Source of the DNA: an uncultured Spirochaetaceae bacterium
Lineage (GTDB): Bacteria; Spirochaetota; Spirochaetia; SZUA-6; DRHE01
Reading direction: 5' to 3'
DNA length: 64,000 nt
Assembly: GCA_964627715.1 (NCBI GenBank)
Contig: CAZVHJ010000018.1
Location: 6,955-70,954, forward strand
Positions within the stretch are counted from its first letter, which is position 1; each line of letters opens with the position of its first letter. This document shows positions 1 through 9,900 of the stretch, in pieces. The position numbers and the translations under genes are program-made. Under the pieces are notes generated by a model that was not told the DNA's origin, searched no databases, and saw only the letters and a list, made by a program, of their open reading frames with translations.

Positions 1-324
1 TTCCATCGATGATCTTTGCTGCCATGCTAAACCTCTTCTCTTCAGTTTGTTTGATTTGTGTGTGCGCTAAAAATGACACGCTGATCTATATCGCAATAAT
101 GCGCCGTATCGGCTCACTTTTGCAAGCCCACGCAGAAAATTGATGGACAATCCGCGGCTGATCCGGGATATTCTGTACCTCGACCTCGAAAAGGAAGTAT
201 CGGACAGCTTGAACATTCCGTTTTTCCCTGCTATGGTTGGCGAAATCCGGCCTCGTCGGATTTTCATCTGTACTTGGCAAACGAACGATCTTGCGATTTC
301 TGAATCTGAAAGGAGAGAGGTACA

Positions 325-1332
325 ATGTTTATCGCTGTGGGAGAAAATATCCACTGCACCCGGATCTACAAGGTCGGCGGTACCTTCGTGAAAAGCCTGG
401 ATGAGAGCACCCATGTGGTCGCTTACCAGGAGGACGGCCAGGAGAAGCACCTTCCCATTGCCAAACGCTTCGTCGAGGCAAGCGACTGGAAGAACGGCAA
501 GGTTAAGCACGCCGCGGTAGCCATGTGGCAGGGACTGCACGGCAGTGAAGCCGAAAAGCAAGCCGGAGTGAATTACCTGCATTACATGGTTCGAAATCAA
601 GAAGCCCATGGCGCTTCGTACCTCGATCTGAACGTGGATGAGTTCAGCACCGACATCGGCGAGAGGGAAGAGCTCATCCGCTGGGCCGCAGATATCATCC
701 AGCAGGTTTCCACGGTTCCTTTGAGCATCGATTCCTCGAATGTCGAGATCCTGAAGGCGGGACTGGATGCCTGTCAGAGCGCCAAGGGCAGGCCCATGAT
801 CAACTCAGTATCCCTGGAGCGCAAGGAGGCGATCCGGGTCGCCAAAGACGCCGGTGCCGTAGTGATCGCAGCAGGAAGCGGGGAAACCAGCATGCCTGCC
901 AACAAGGAGGATCGGATCACCAACCTGAAGTCGCTGATCGCCCTGCTCGAAAAAACCGGCTTCAACTACTCCCAGATCTACCTCGATCCGCTCGTTTTTC
1001 CCGTGTCGGTAGACCCGAAGAATGGACTGATGATTCTCGAAACCATAGAAGAACTTCGTAAAGACTACGGCCAGGAGATTCACTTCGCGCCTGGCTTGAG
1101 CAACATCAGCTACGGCATGCCGAATCGAAAGTTGATCAATCAAGTCTTTACCTATCTTTGCATACAACGGGGTCTGGACGGCGGCATCGTGGATCCGATC
1201 CAGATCAACGATAATATATTGGCCGCTGTTGATCCCAAATCGGAAAGCTTTCAACTCACTGAAGCGTTTCTTACCGGCCAGGACCAGTTCGGAATGAACT
1301 ACATCTCCGCGGTACGGGATGGTCGTCTCTAA
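325..1332 (+). CDS. Pterin-binding methyltransferase (methyl-THF:corrinoid methyltransferase, AcsE/MeTr-like; could also be the MT-II of a demethylase system)
   Basis: 335-aa ORF with an AAAGGAGAGAGG RBS just upstream of the ATG. Motifs GENIHCTR, YLDLNVDE, SIDSS, MINSVS, YLDPLVFP and PGLSNISYGMPNR follow the order of the Moorella MeTr/MetH pterin-binding barrel. Confidence 0.85.
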   Translation: MFIAVGENIHCTRIYKVGGTFVKSLDESTHVVAYQEDGQEKHLPIAKRFVEASDWKNGKVKHAAVAMWQGLHGSEAEKQAGVNYLHYMVRNQEAHGASYLDLNVDEFSTDIGEREELIRWAADIIQQVSTVPLSIDSSNVEILKAGLDACQSAKGRPMINSVSLERKEAIRVAKDAGAVVIAAGSGETSMPANKEDRITNLKSLIALLEKTGFNYSQIYLDPLVFPVSVDPKNGLMILETIEELRKDYGQEIHFAPGLSNISYGMPNRKLINQVFTYLCIQRGLDGGIVDPIQINDNILAAVDPKSESFQLTEAFLTGQDQFGMNYISAVRDGRL

Positions 1333-1395
1333 GTTCTGACTGCCGCCGCGGCGGGGTGGACACCCTATAGCCCAACAAATCAGCCCGCCCTGCCG

Positions 1396-1513
1396 TTACT
1401 ACCTTAAATATTACTGAACATTACAATATTGGTAAATATTACCAAAAATACGTACAAAATTACCAAAAAAATAGATTAATTTACAAATTCAACTCTCTCT
1501 CATCCGCTATAAT
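1396..1513 (+). promoter_or_regulatory. AT-rich intergenic region with phased TTAC(C) repeats and a TATAAT box
   Basis: TTAC occurs at about 1396, 1411, 1421, 1439, 1460 and 1481. ATTACCAAAAA is repeated exactly at 1438-1448 and 1459-1469, 21 bp apart. GGTAA-N3-TTACC lies at 1431-1443 and TATAAT at 1508-1513. Confidence 0.4.
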
Positions 1514-1533
1514 TGGTCTGAAAGCAACCATTT

Positions 1534-2754
1534 TTGTCAGAAAAGGGTAGTAGATTGGCTTCAAAAAAGGTGTGTGTAGTCGGCGCCGGGATTTCCGGGA
1601 TCTCGGTGGCTAACGATCTTACCCAGGCCGGGGTCGATGTTTTCCTAGTGGATAAGAATCCCTATCCGGGTGGGCAATCTGTGTTCTACGGCTGTAAAGC
1701 TACGGATGAATGTGTCCGCTGCGGTGTTTGTCTGGTACGGGAGGCTGTGGCAACACTGAAGAACAAGACAGCGACGGAATGTTTTTTTTCCAGCCGCCCG
1801 GTCGCTCTTCGTTCCAACAACGGTTCTATGGAAATCGATATTCAATCATCGGCAAACTTAATCGATTGGCAGGCCTGTGTGGAATGCGGGCGCTGCGTGG
1901 ACGCCTGCCCGGAGCAGGCCATCCAGAAGGTTCCCGGATGGAAGTATTTCGTCAACGAGCAGTGTACAGCCTGTGGAAGGTGTGTCGATGCCTGCCCAGT
2001 CGGAGCGATCAGCCTGAAAAGATCGCAGGAACAGACAACCATGCAGGTAGACGGGATCGTTCTGGCAGCCGGATACCAACCCTTCGATCCAGCGATCAAC
2101 CGCAAATGGGGCTTTGGAACGAATCCGAGAGTGCTTACCGGCAGCCAGTTGGAAAACCTCTTCTTCGAAGAAAAGTACCTTCCGGTGAAGGCCCAGAACA
2201 TGGCCTTTGTTCAATGCGTGGGTTCCCGCAGCATCATGGAGGGGCAGAAACAGTGCAGCCGGGTCTGCTGCGCCTACGCTCTGCGCATGGCCGGCAGACT
2301 GAAGCAGGAATACCCCGATCTGAATATAGATTTCTACTACATGGACATCCAGCGGTTTGGGAAGAACTTCGATCAATTCTGGGATCAGATAAAGGGAAAG
2401 ATCAATCTTATTCCGAGCAATCCCATCAGCGTCAAGACCGACGATAGGGGTCTGCCTGTAGTACGCTACGAATCCCTGCCCGAACTGGCCTGTCGGGAAC
2501 AAAGCTACGATATCGTGGTGCTGTCTCACGGGATCAATCCGGCTCAGGATGCGGAAAAACTTGCCGATCTGTTCAATCTGGACCTGAACACGGCTGGGTT
2601 TCTCGTTTCCCCGGGAAACGGATCGGCTGGCACGAACACCGGCGGCATCTTCACAGCGGGGACCTGCAAAAGACCGATGCGCATCGACGACTGCGTTGAG
2701 GATGCGGCCGCTGTTTCCCACCAGGTAATGCAAAGTCTAGGAGTACAGGTGTAA
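1534..2754 (+). CDS. HdrA-like FAD/FeS oxidoreductase, N-terminal-type half
   Basis: Dinucleotide fold VCVVGAGISGISVA. Two ferredoxin-type CxxCxxCxxxCP motifs (CVECGRCVDACP, CTACGRCVDACP). HdrA core motif FVQCVGSR...CSRVCC. The TTG start at 1534 is uncertain; in-frame TTG 1555 or GTG about 1567 are alternatives. Confidence 0.75.
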   Translation: MSEKGSRLASKKVCVVGAGISGISVANDLTQAGVDVFLVDKNPYPGGQSVFYGCKATDECVRCGVCLVREAVATLKNKTATECFFSSRPVALRSNNGSMEIDIQSSANLIDWQACVECGRCVDACPEQAIQKVPGWKYFVNEQCTACGRCVDACPVGAISLKRSQEQTTMQVDGIVLAAGYQPFDPAINRKWGFGTNPRVLTGSQLENLFFEEKYLPVKAQNMAFVQCVGSRSIMEGQKQCSRVCCAYALRMAGRLKQEYPDLNIDFYYMDIQRFGKNFDQFWDQIKGKINLIPSNPISVKTDDRGLPVVRYESLPELACREQSYDIVVLSHGINPAQDAEKLADLFNLDLNTAGFLVSPGNGSAGTNTGGIFTAGTCKRPMRIDDCVEDAAAVSHQVMQSLGVQV

Positions 2755-2756
2755 CC

Positions 2757-4340
2757 ATGAGCAGTACCCAATCGATCGTTGCCGTCCTTTGCGACCACCA
2801 GTGCAGTCCCAATGGTCCTATTCAGGCTTCGCAACTGCAAAAGCGGCTGGCCGAGAGCAGCAGTATCGAGAAGCTCATCGTTTTGCAGAAAGCCTGTCAG
2901 GGTGGGGAAAAGAAACTTGAAAGTTTAGCAGGACAAAAGATCCTGTTTGCCGGCTGTCCCTATCTCGAAGAGAGTGGATTCTACACTCGGGCTGCTGAAA
3001 ATCTTGGTCTCAGCCCTGGTGAAATGTTGGTCACGGATGTAAAATCGACGGTTTTCGATCTCTATGAAAGCTCCGAAACCATCGAAGACAATCTGGTCGG
3101 CAGGCTGGAATCTCTCGCTCAGCTTCTTGCCGACAGCGTTGCTGTAAAAGAACATCCGGTCAAACTGAAACCGAATGTCCTGATCTTTGGCAGCGGTCTT
3201 TCTGGTCTAAAAGCCGCCATCGAGCTTTCCGGCGAGAAAACCTCGGTGGATCTCGTGGAAACGGAGGACCAACCGGTGGCTCCCGGCTGCCTGGCCGGAG
3301 CACTCGAGTTCCCCAAACAGATCGAAGATCTGACCGAGCAGGCCCGGAGAAGCGAGCACATCGCCTTCTTTCCTCACAACCGGATGGGCCCGATCCAAAG
3401 GGTGGAGAAGGGATTCACCGTCAGCTTTGACGGAGCACAGCGACGGGAATACGGCGCCGTAATCTACGCGCCCGAACGGATCGAAGCCCCCGCGGATGAG
3501 GTCGGTGCTTGGAACCTTACCCAGCTGTACAACCGGCTTATGGAGGGGCAATCGATCAAAGGAAAGATCGTGTTTCTTCTCGATCGGAAGGCCGAGACAC
3601 CGCCGGAGGTAGTGCAGGATGTTCTGACAGCCGCTAAGGCGATCAAGGAACGCTCCCATGCCGAGGTCTGGATTCTTCTCAAACAGGTGAGGGTTGCCCT
3701 GCCTGGACTGCAGGAGCTCTACGACTTAGCCAGAGAGATGGGTATCATCTTTGTCAGATATCAAGCACTACATCTGAAAAACGACTTTGGAGATTTCCAG
3801 ATCAATGGGAAGGATCCCCAAACCGGCGCTGCATTCCAAATCAATAAACCCGATCGGGTGATTCTGCCCGGGACAGGTGAGCTCTCCCAAGCAGCTCTAA
3901 AGGTGGCCACAACTCTGGGACTTCGATTATTCAACGACACTTACACCCAGCCCTACTCACTCTGGCGGCTGGTCAACGAGTCGAACCATCCCGGCGTACT
4001 GGTGTGCGGCAGTGCACGGGGAAACATGGATGCCGTCGGGGTGGCTGAGGACGCAGCCTCCGTTGTGCTGGCCCTCAAACAACGCTTGCATCCGGAGGGT
4101 ATTACTCCTGTAGAGCATCTGGCCTCGGTAGATAAGGACAAGTGCGCCTACTGCTTGACCTGCCTGCGAGTCTGCCCCTACGGCGCCATCGGAAAGAACA
4201 GTGAAGAGCGAGTCGCCCAGGTGATTACTACAGCCTGCCAGGGCTGCGGAGTCTGCGCCTCCGAGTGTCCGGCAGAGGCGATTACCCTGCGCAATCTCAG
4301 TCAGGAGAGTGTTCTGGCTGGAATGAACAAACTGCTTTGA
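2757..4340 (+). CDS. HdrA-like FAD/FeS oxidoreductase, C-terminal-type half
   Basis: ATG lies 2 nt after the previous stop. Contains VLIFGSGLSGLKAA, VLVCGSARG and C-terminal CAYCLTCLRVCP plus CQGCGVCASECP clusters. It resembles the second module of the 1491-aa HdrA fusion downstream. Confidence 0.7.
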   Translation: MSSTQSIVAVLCDHQCSPNGPIQASQLQKRLAESSSIEKLIVLQKACQGGEKKLESLAGQKILFAGCPYLEESGFYTRAAENLGLSPGEMLVTDVKSTVFDLYESSETIEDNLVGRLESLAQLLADSVAVKEHPVKLKPNVLIFGSGLSGLKAAIELSGEKTSVDLVETEDQPVAPGCLAGALEFPKQIEDLTEQARRSEHIAFFPHNRMGPIQRVEKGFTVSFDGAQRREYGAVIYAPERIEAPADEVGAWNLTQLYNRLMEGQSIKGKIVFLLDRKAETPPEVVQDVLTAAKAIKERSHAEVWILLKQVRVALPGLQELYDLAREMGIIFVRYQALHLKNDFGDFQINGKDPQTGAAFQINKPDRVILPGTGELSQAALKVATTLGLRLFNDTYTQPYSLWRLVNESNHPGVLVCGSARGNMDAVGVAEDAASVVLALKQRLHPEGITPVEHLASVDKDKCAYCLTCLRVCPYGAIGKNSEERVAQVITTACQGCGVCASECPAEAITLRNLSQESVLAGMNKLL

Positions 4341-4368
4341 GTTCATTTTGACAAAAAGGAGTCTGGAA

Positions 4369-4761
4369 TTGGCTGATTCGATCCTGATCATACACTGTGC
4401 GGAGGGAGCCAAAAAAGCTTTGGCTCGGATGTCCGAGGAAGGTCATAAACTCCCGCCTCGGTTCAAGACCTTCGAGCTGCCCTGCACGGGAAGCGTGAAT
4501 GAAGTCCTGCTCATGGAAAATCTGCAGGACGGCTCGACCGGGATTGTTGTGCTCGGTTGTCGAAAAGAAAACTGCAAACATATGGACGGCAACCTCAAAG
4601 CTGAGCGCAAGGTGGCGCGAGTGAAGAAACTTCTTTCCGAGGCAGGAGTAGAGGGGAAGTTTGTCGAAATGGTTTTTACGGCTCCGGATGAAGGAAAGAG
4701 GCTTCATAACACCCTGCTTGGATACTCCCGAGCAGCTGATGCAAAGGGAAAGAGAAAATGA
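4369..4761 (+). CDS. mvhD: MvhD-like hydrogenase iron-sulfur (delta) subunit, divergent copy
   Basis: Motifs LPCTG and VVLGCRKENCKH are MvhD-type. AGGAG at 4357-4361 lies 7 nt before the in-frame TTG at 4369; the ORF track starts at TTG 4348. Confidence 0.7.
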   Translation: MADSILIIHCAEGAKKALARMSEEGHKLPPRFKTFELPCTGSVNEVLLMENLQDGSTGIVVLGCRKENCKHMDGNLKAERKVARVKKLLSEAGVEGKFVEMVFTAPDEGKRLHNTLLGYSRAADAKGKRK

Positions 4762-5420
4762 TCGTTGCCGAACAAAAACCGATACAAGAAATTCTGGCGA
4801 TGCTCCCCGAGCAGAAGAAGGTGCTGGTCGTGGGCTGTGACACCTGTGTGACCGTCTGCCTGGCCGGGGGTGAAAAAGAGGTCAAGGTCTTGACCGCTGC
4901 TCTGCGAATGGCTAAAAAACCCCTGGCGGAGGTAACCGGAATCTCTATAGAACGCCAGTGCGATGGAGAGTTTATCACCGAAATCAGCGAACAGGCGGCC
5001 CAGTATGATATCATCCTGTCGATGGCCTGTGGCGCAGGCGTGCAGATGGTGTCGGATTTCTTCCCCGAAAAGGCAGTCCTACCAGCCGTAAATACCCTGT
5101 TCATGGGCTCGAATGAGGGAACCGGGTACTGGCTGGAGCGCTGTCTCGGCTGTGGGGACTGTGTGCTTGATCTGACCGCGGGAATCTGCCCTCGAACCCG
5201 TTGTTCCAAGGGACTGATGAACGGACCCTGTGGGGGATCGGAAAATGGCAAGTGTGAGGTTGATCCGGAAAATTTGGACTGCGGCTGGAATCTGATCTAC
5301 CAGCGGCTCAAGAGCCTGAACCGCCTGGACAGCCTGATGGCGATTCAACCCCCCCAGGACTGGTCGAAATCCCACGACGGCGGACCGAGAAGACTCATCA
5401 GGGAGGATGTCAAGCTGTGA
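4758..5420 (+). CDS. metV: MetV-like methylene-THF reductase C-terminal-domain protein
   Basis: ATGA start/stop overlap with mvhD. The Cys-rich C-terminus CLGCGDCVLDLTAGICPRTRCSKGLMNGPCGGSENGKCEV...CGW is typical of MetV partners of acetogen-type MetF. Confidence 0.75.
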   Translation: MIVAEQKPIQEILAMLPEQKKVLVVGCDTCVTVCLAGGEKEVKVLTAALRMAKKPLAEVTGISIERQCDGEFITEISEQAAQYDIILSMACGAGVQMVSDFFPEKAVLPAVNTLFMGSNEGTGYWLERCLGCGDCVLDLTAGICPRTRCSKGLMNGPCGGSENGKCEVDPENLDCGWNLIYQRLKSLNRLDSLMAIQPPQDWSKSHDGGPRRLIREDVKL

Positions 5421-6367
5421 GAGAGCTCAAATCTGAAAGCAAACTTGAAAAGCTATTGGCCAAGGGCGAGTTCGTCGTCACCGGAGAGCTGGGTCCCCCG
5501 AAGAGTGTAGACATGAGCGTACTGGATAAGAAGGTCGAAGCCCTGCGCGGTGCTGTGGATGCTGTGAATATCACGGACAATCAGACGGCAATCGTACGCA
5601 TCTCTTCGATCGGCACGGCCTTTTATATCATGAACAGAGGACTGGAACCGGTGGTGCAGATGACCTGTCGGGATCGCAACCGCCTGGCCATCCAGGCGGA
5701 TCTGCTCGGTGCTTATCTCAACGGAGCCCGGAACCTGCTCTGCCTGACCGGGGATCATCAGAGCTTCGGTAATCATCCCCAGGCCAAGCAGGTTTACGAC
5801 ATCGACTCAATACAACTGATCCGGATTGTGAAGCAGATGCGGGACGATAAGACTTTTCAATGCGGCGATGAGATCCGCAACAATACAAAGTCGGAGATCC
5901 ATGAGCCCCGCTTCTTCATCGGAGCGGCGGCCAATCCCTTCGCGGATCCCCTGGAGTGGCGGGTGAGCCGCGTGGAAAAGAAGGCCGCTGCGGGAGTTGA
6001 TTTCGTCCAGACCCAGTGCGTGTACGATATGGACTGTTTTAAGCAATGGATGGACGAGGTAGTCGCTCGGGGTCTCCACGAAAGGATCAAGATCCTTGCT
6101 GGAATCACCCCGATCCGCTCCCTCGGTATGCTGCGCTACATGAAGAGCAGTGTAGCCGGTATCTCGATTCCCGATTCCCTGGTAGAGCGCTTCGAAAACA
6201 CCGCGGATGTTAAGGAAGAGGGAAAACAGTTCGCCCTCGAGCAGATTGAGATTTTCCGTCAGATGGAGGGTGTAGCAGGAGTGCACATCATGGCCATCGA
6301 GGCGGAACGAACTGTCCGGGGCATCGTGCAGGATTCGGGATTGCTCCCCAGGCCGCAGGCGGCGTAG
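5417..6367 (+). CDS. metF: 5,10-methylenetetrahydrofolate reductase (acetogen/anaerobe type)
   Basis: GTGA overlap with metV. 316 aa with VTGELGPP, NITDNQTA, MTCRDRNR, LCLTGDH and DFVQTQCVYD motifs of the MTHFR TIM barrel. Confidence 0.85.
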   Translation: MRELKSESKLEKLLAKGEFVVTGELGPPKSVDMSVLDKKVEALRGAVDAVNITDNQTAIVRISSIGTAFYIMNRGLEPVVQMTCRDRNRLAIQADLLGAYLNGARNLLCLTGDHQSFGNHPQAKQVYDIDSIQLIRIVKQMRDDKTFQCGDEIRNNTKSEIHEPRFFIGAAANPFADPLEWRVSRVEKKAAAGVDFVQTQCVYDMDCFKQWMDEVVARGLHERIKILAGITPIRSLGMLRYMKSSVAGISIPDSLVERFENTADVKEEGKQFALEQIEIFRQMEGVAGVHIMAIEAERTVRGIVQDSGLLPRPQAA

Positions 6368-6470
6368 CCGCGAAAGCAGGCCGATTGAAGAATAACTTGA
6401 GCCGGTCGGTCCTCCGCGAGGAAGGTGCCGAGCGGCTGAGAGAGAAAATTGAACCTTTTGGAGGAAAACG

Positions 6471-6962
6471 GTGGCTGACATCGTAATGACAGAGCTGGAC
6501 AAGGATTTCAAATACGAGGTGGCATCCCGGCCGGGAGCGAGTTTTTTCAAGCGCTGCTTTTCCTGCGGCACCTGCACTGCTTCCTGCCCCGTTTCTGAAA
6601 TAGACGAACGCTTCAATCCCCGCCTGTTCATTCGCCAGGCATTGCTGGGAGAGAAGAAAAAACTGCTCTCTTCGGAACTTCTGTGGTACTGCACCCAATG
6701 CTACACCTGTTTTGCCCGCTGTCCTCAAGACGTGCGTTTCACCGACGTCATGGCGGTGTTGCGGGATATGGCCGTTGAGCAGGGATACGTACCCAAGGAT
6801 ATGCGGGAGAGGGTGAAGCAGGTGGATGTCCTGGCTCAGGAGATTCGCCACGGGCTTGCTGAGGTGCTGTGGACCACCGCTAAAAAGAAAGATCCGGCTG
6901 AGATCGAGAAAACCGTAAAGAGCAAACTGGCCAAAGGCCTGAAGGAGTTACAGCAGTCATGA
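6471..6962 (+). CDS. hdrC: HdrC-like 4Fe-4S dicluster protein
   Basis: GGAGGA RBS and GTG start. CFSCGTCTASCP and CTQCYTCFARCP motifs in a roughly 160-aa protein, as in heterodisulfide reductase subunit C. Confidence 0.75.
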   Translation: MADIVMTELDKDFKYEVASRPGASFFKRCFSCGTCTASCPVSEIDERFNPRLFIRQALLGEKKKLLSSELLWYCTQCYTCFARCPQDVRFTDVMAVLRDMAVEQGYVPKDMRERVKQVDVLAQEIRHGLAEVLWTTAKKKDPAEIEKTVKSKLAKGLKELQQS

Positions 6963-9900
6963 GTCAAAACGGCAGCGGCTCGGTTCTGGTTGTTGGAGGA
7001 GGCATTGCCGGAATCCAGGCCTCCCTCGACCTGGCCGATGCGGGCTTTCGGGTAAACCTGGTCGAATCCTCTCCCACGATCGGCGGCGTCATGGCCCAGT
7101 TGGACAAGACTTTTCCCACCAACGATTGCTCGATGTGTATCATGAGCCCCAAACTGGTTGACTGCGCCCGGCACCTGAATATCAATCTGTTGACCCTATC
7201 TGAAGTCAAGTCTGTGTCCGGGCAGCCGGGGGATTTCACAGCCAAGGTTCACCGTAAAGCCCGGTACGTGGACGAGGACAAATGTACGGGTTGCGGAGAG
7301 TGCGAGAAGTACTGCCCCGTTCCTATGCCCAATGAGTTCGACGAAAAGCTTGGAATCCGGCACGCCATCTACCGCCCCTTTCCCCAAGCCGCACCCAACG
7401 TGTTCGCCATCCAGAAAAAGGGCAAGAGCCCCTGCAGCGCCGCCTGTCCGGCGGACTGCAACGCCCATGGCTACGTTTCGCTGATCCGAGAGCGCAAATT
7501 CAAGGAGGCCCTTCAGCTGATTCGCGACCGCATCCCTCTGCCCGCCGTATGCGGGAGGGTCTGCGGGCTGTGCGAGGATGAATGCAACCGCAACAACCTC
7601 GATCAAGCCGTCGAGATTCGAGCCTTGAAACGGTTTGCCTCCGACTGGGAGATGAATCATCAGGAGGAAATGGCGGAATACCTCGAAGCTGCCAGACCAA
7701 CGGGAAAGAAAAAGGCAAAAGTTGCGATTGTGGGTTCCGGACCTGCCGGTCTGACCGCCGCCTACGACCTGGCCAAGCTCGGCTACCAACCGGTGGTTTT
7801 TGAAGCTCTACCTAAAACCGGCGGGATGCTTCGCTACGGCATTCCTCAGTATCGCCTGCCCGATGAGGTTCTGGACTACGAGGTAGGAGTCATCGAAAAG
7901 GCGGGTGTCGATATCAGAACAAGAGAAGCTTTCAGCAAGAGCACGACTGTGCAAGGCCTGCGCAAAGAGGGCTTCGAAGCGGTGTTTCTTGCTGCGGGAA
8001 CCCAGAAGAGCCGTAAACTTTTTATCGAGGGTGAGGAGCTCGAAGGTATTCTTCCCGCCCTCGATTTTCTAAAAGCTGCAGACAACGGCAAATCATCTTC
8101 CGCAGTCGAGGGCAAAATCGTAGCCGTCATCGGCGGAGGCAACACCGCCATCGACTCGGTACGTACCGCCCGCAGGCTGGGAGCTAAAGAAGCCCTTCTG
8201 ATCTATCGACGTACCAGAGCAGAGATGCCTGCGATAGCCGAAGAAGTGCAAGCTGCCGAGGAAGAGGGAATCAAACTTTACTTTCTCCTGGCGCCGCAAA
8301 AGATATTGGGGAAATCCGGGAAGGTCACAGACCTTGTTTGTACGCGTATGCGTCTGGGAGCTCCAGACGCTTCGGATCGACGGCGACCCATTCCCGTGCC
8401 GGGTCAAACCGAAAGCATTCACGTGGATGTGATCATCTCGGCTCTCGGTCAGGAAGTGGACACGGCCTTCATAGACGCCGAGGGCGCTAAGCTCGACATG
8501 GTGAAGGGTCTCATCAAGGTCGACCCGGTGAGTTTACAGACCAGCATACCCGGTGTATTCGCCGGTGGAGACGTGGCTGGCGCGGGAGGATACGTGGTGC
8601 ACGCCATCGCCCACGGACACACCGCGGCGCAGTCCATAGACCGCTATCTGAGTAAAAAAGATCTCCACGAAGGGCGTACTCCGGAACCTACCCCGACCGC
8701 TCCCATGCCGGAGGAATTCCACGAGAAAAAGCCTCGTGTCCCTGTACCAATGCTCGATGTAAACAAGCGGATCAGTAATTTTGCCGAGGTTGAGCTGGGT
8801 TTGAGCGAAGAGCAGGCCGTAGAGGAGGCCAGCCGCTGCCTGAACTGCGGCGTGTGCTGCGAGTGCCAGCAGTGCGTGGCCCACTGTGAAGCCGATGCGA
8901 TTGATCACACCCAGAAAAATGAAGAACTTGAGCTGAAAGTCGGAGCCGTTCTGGTCGCCGCGGGCTGTGAAAAATACGATCCCAAGGCCATGTACCACCT
9001 TGGCTACGGGAAATACCCGGATGTTGTAACCAGTATCCAGTTCGAGCGCATCCTCTCCGCTTCCGGTCCCTTCGGAGGACATATTCAGCGGCCTTCCGAC
9101 GGAGTGCTTCCCAAGAAAGTGGCCTTCATTCAGTGCGTGGGTTCTCGAGACCCGGTAGCGGGGAATGATCACTGCTCCTCGGTGTGCTGCATGTACGCCA
9201 TCAAGGAAGCTGTGATCGCCAAAGAGCACGAACACGAGATCGAACCCACGATCTTCTACATGGATATCCGCGCCCATGGCAAAGATTTCGATCGCTACTT
9301 CGAGAGAGCCAAGAGCGAATACGGAATAAAGTTCACCCGCGCCCGGGTATCCGGGGTTGTGCGGGATGAGGCAACGGGCAAACTGCTGCTCGAATACGAG
9401 AACGAGGCAAACGGAATAGCCCATGAAGAGTTCGACCTGGTGGTGCTGTCAATCGGTTTTCAGGGCGGCAGCAGCCTGCGAGAGCTGGGTCGGAGCCTGG
9501 GAGTGCCCCTGAACCGCTACGGCTTTATCGCCACTGATCCCTTCAACCCGGTGGAAACGAAGGTGCCGGGGATCTTCATCTGCGGCCCTGCCCAGGAACC
9601 GAAAGACATCCCGGAAACCGTCATGCAAGCATCCGCGGGCGCTGCAGCTGCCGCCGAGACCCTTGCGGGAAACCGCTGGAGCGAGGTGCTGGAGAAGACC
9701 TATCCGGAGGAACGGGACGTAACCGCCGAACCTCTGCGGGTTGGAGTGTTTGTCTGCCACTGCGGCATCAACATCGGAGCAACCGTACAGGTTCCCGAGG
9801 TGGTGGAGTACGCCAAAACCCTGCCCGACGTGGCCTATGCGGAGGCCAACCTATACACCTGCTCCCAGGACACCCAGGCTCATATCCGAGACATGATCGA

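Noticed and set aside
242-268. Hairpin GAAATCCG-7 nt-CGGATTTT in the roughly 240-nt leader of the methyltransferase gene, considered as a riboswitch terminator (THF, ZTP or cobalamin).
   Set aside because: The stem is short and A/U-rich, and most of the U-run is consumed by the stem itself. I could not find the conserved cores of THF, ZTP or cobalamin riboswitches upstream. An Rfam scan would settle it.
588-598. GGTTCGAAATC, resembling a tRNA T-arm.
   Set aside because: It lies in frame within the methyltransferase CDS, with no acceptor or anticodon stems around it.
67-609. 180-aa minus-strand ORF and 83-aa plus-strand ORF (140-391) at the left edge.
   Set aside because: Both overlap the well-supported methyltransferase gene or its leader. 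Neither has an RBS or a recognisable motif.
1396-1485. Short repeats in the 1.4-kb spacer, considered as a mini CRISPR or other repeat-spacer array.
   Set aside because: The repeat unit is only 4-11 nt with helical phasing. No cas genes are present and there are no spacers of uniform length.
7121-7141. Possible selenocysteine in HdrA-type proteins (the TNDCSMC position) or in the hydrogenase.
   Set aside because: All relevant positions encode Cys. The ORFs are uninterrupted by in-frame TGA, and no SECIS-like hairpin was needed to explain them.
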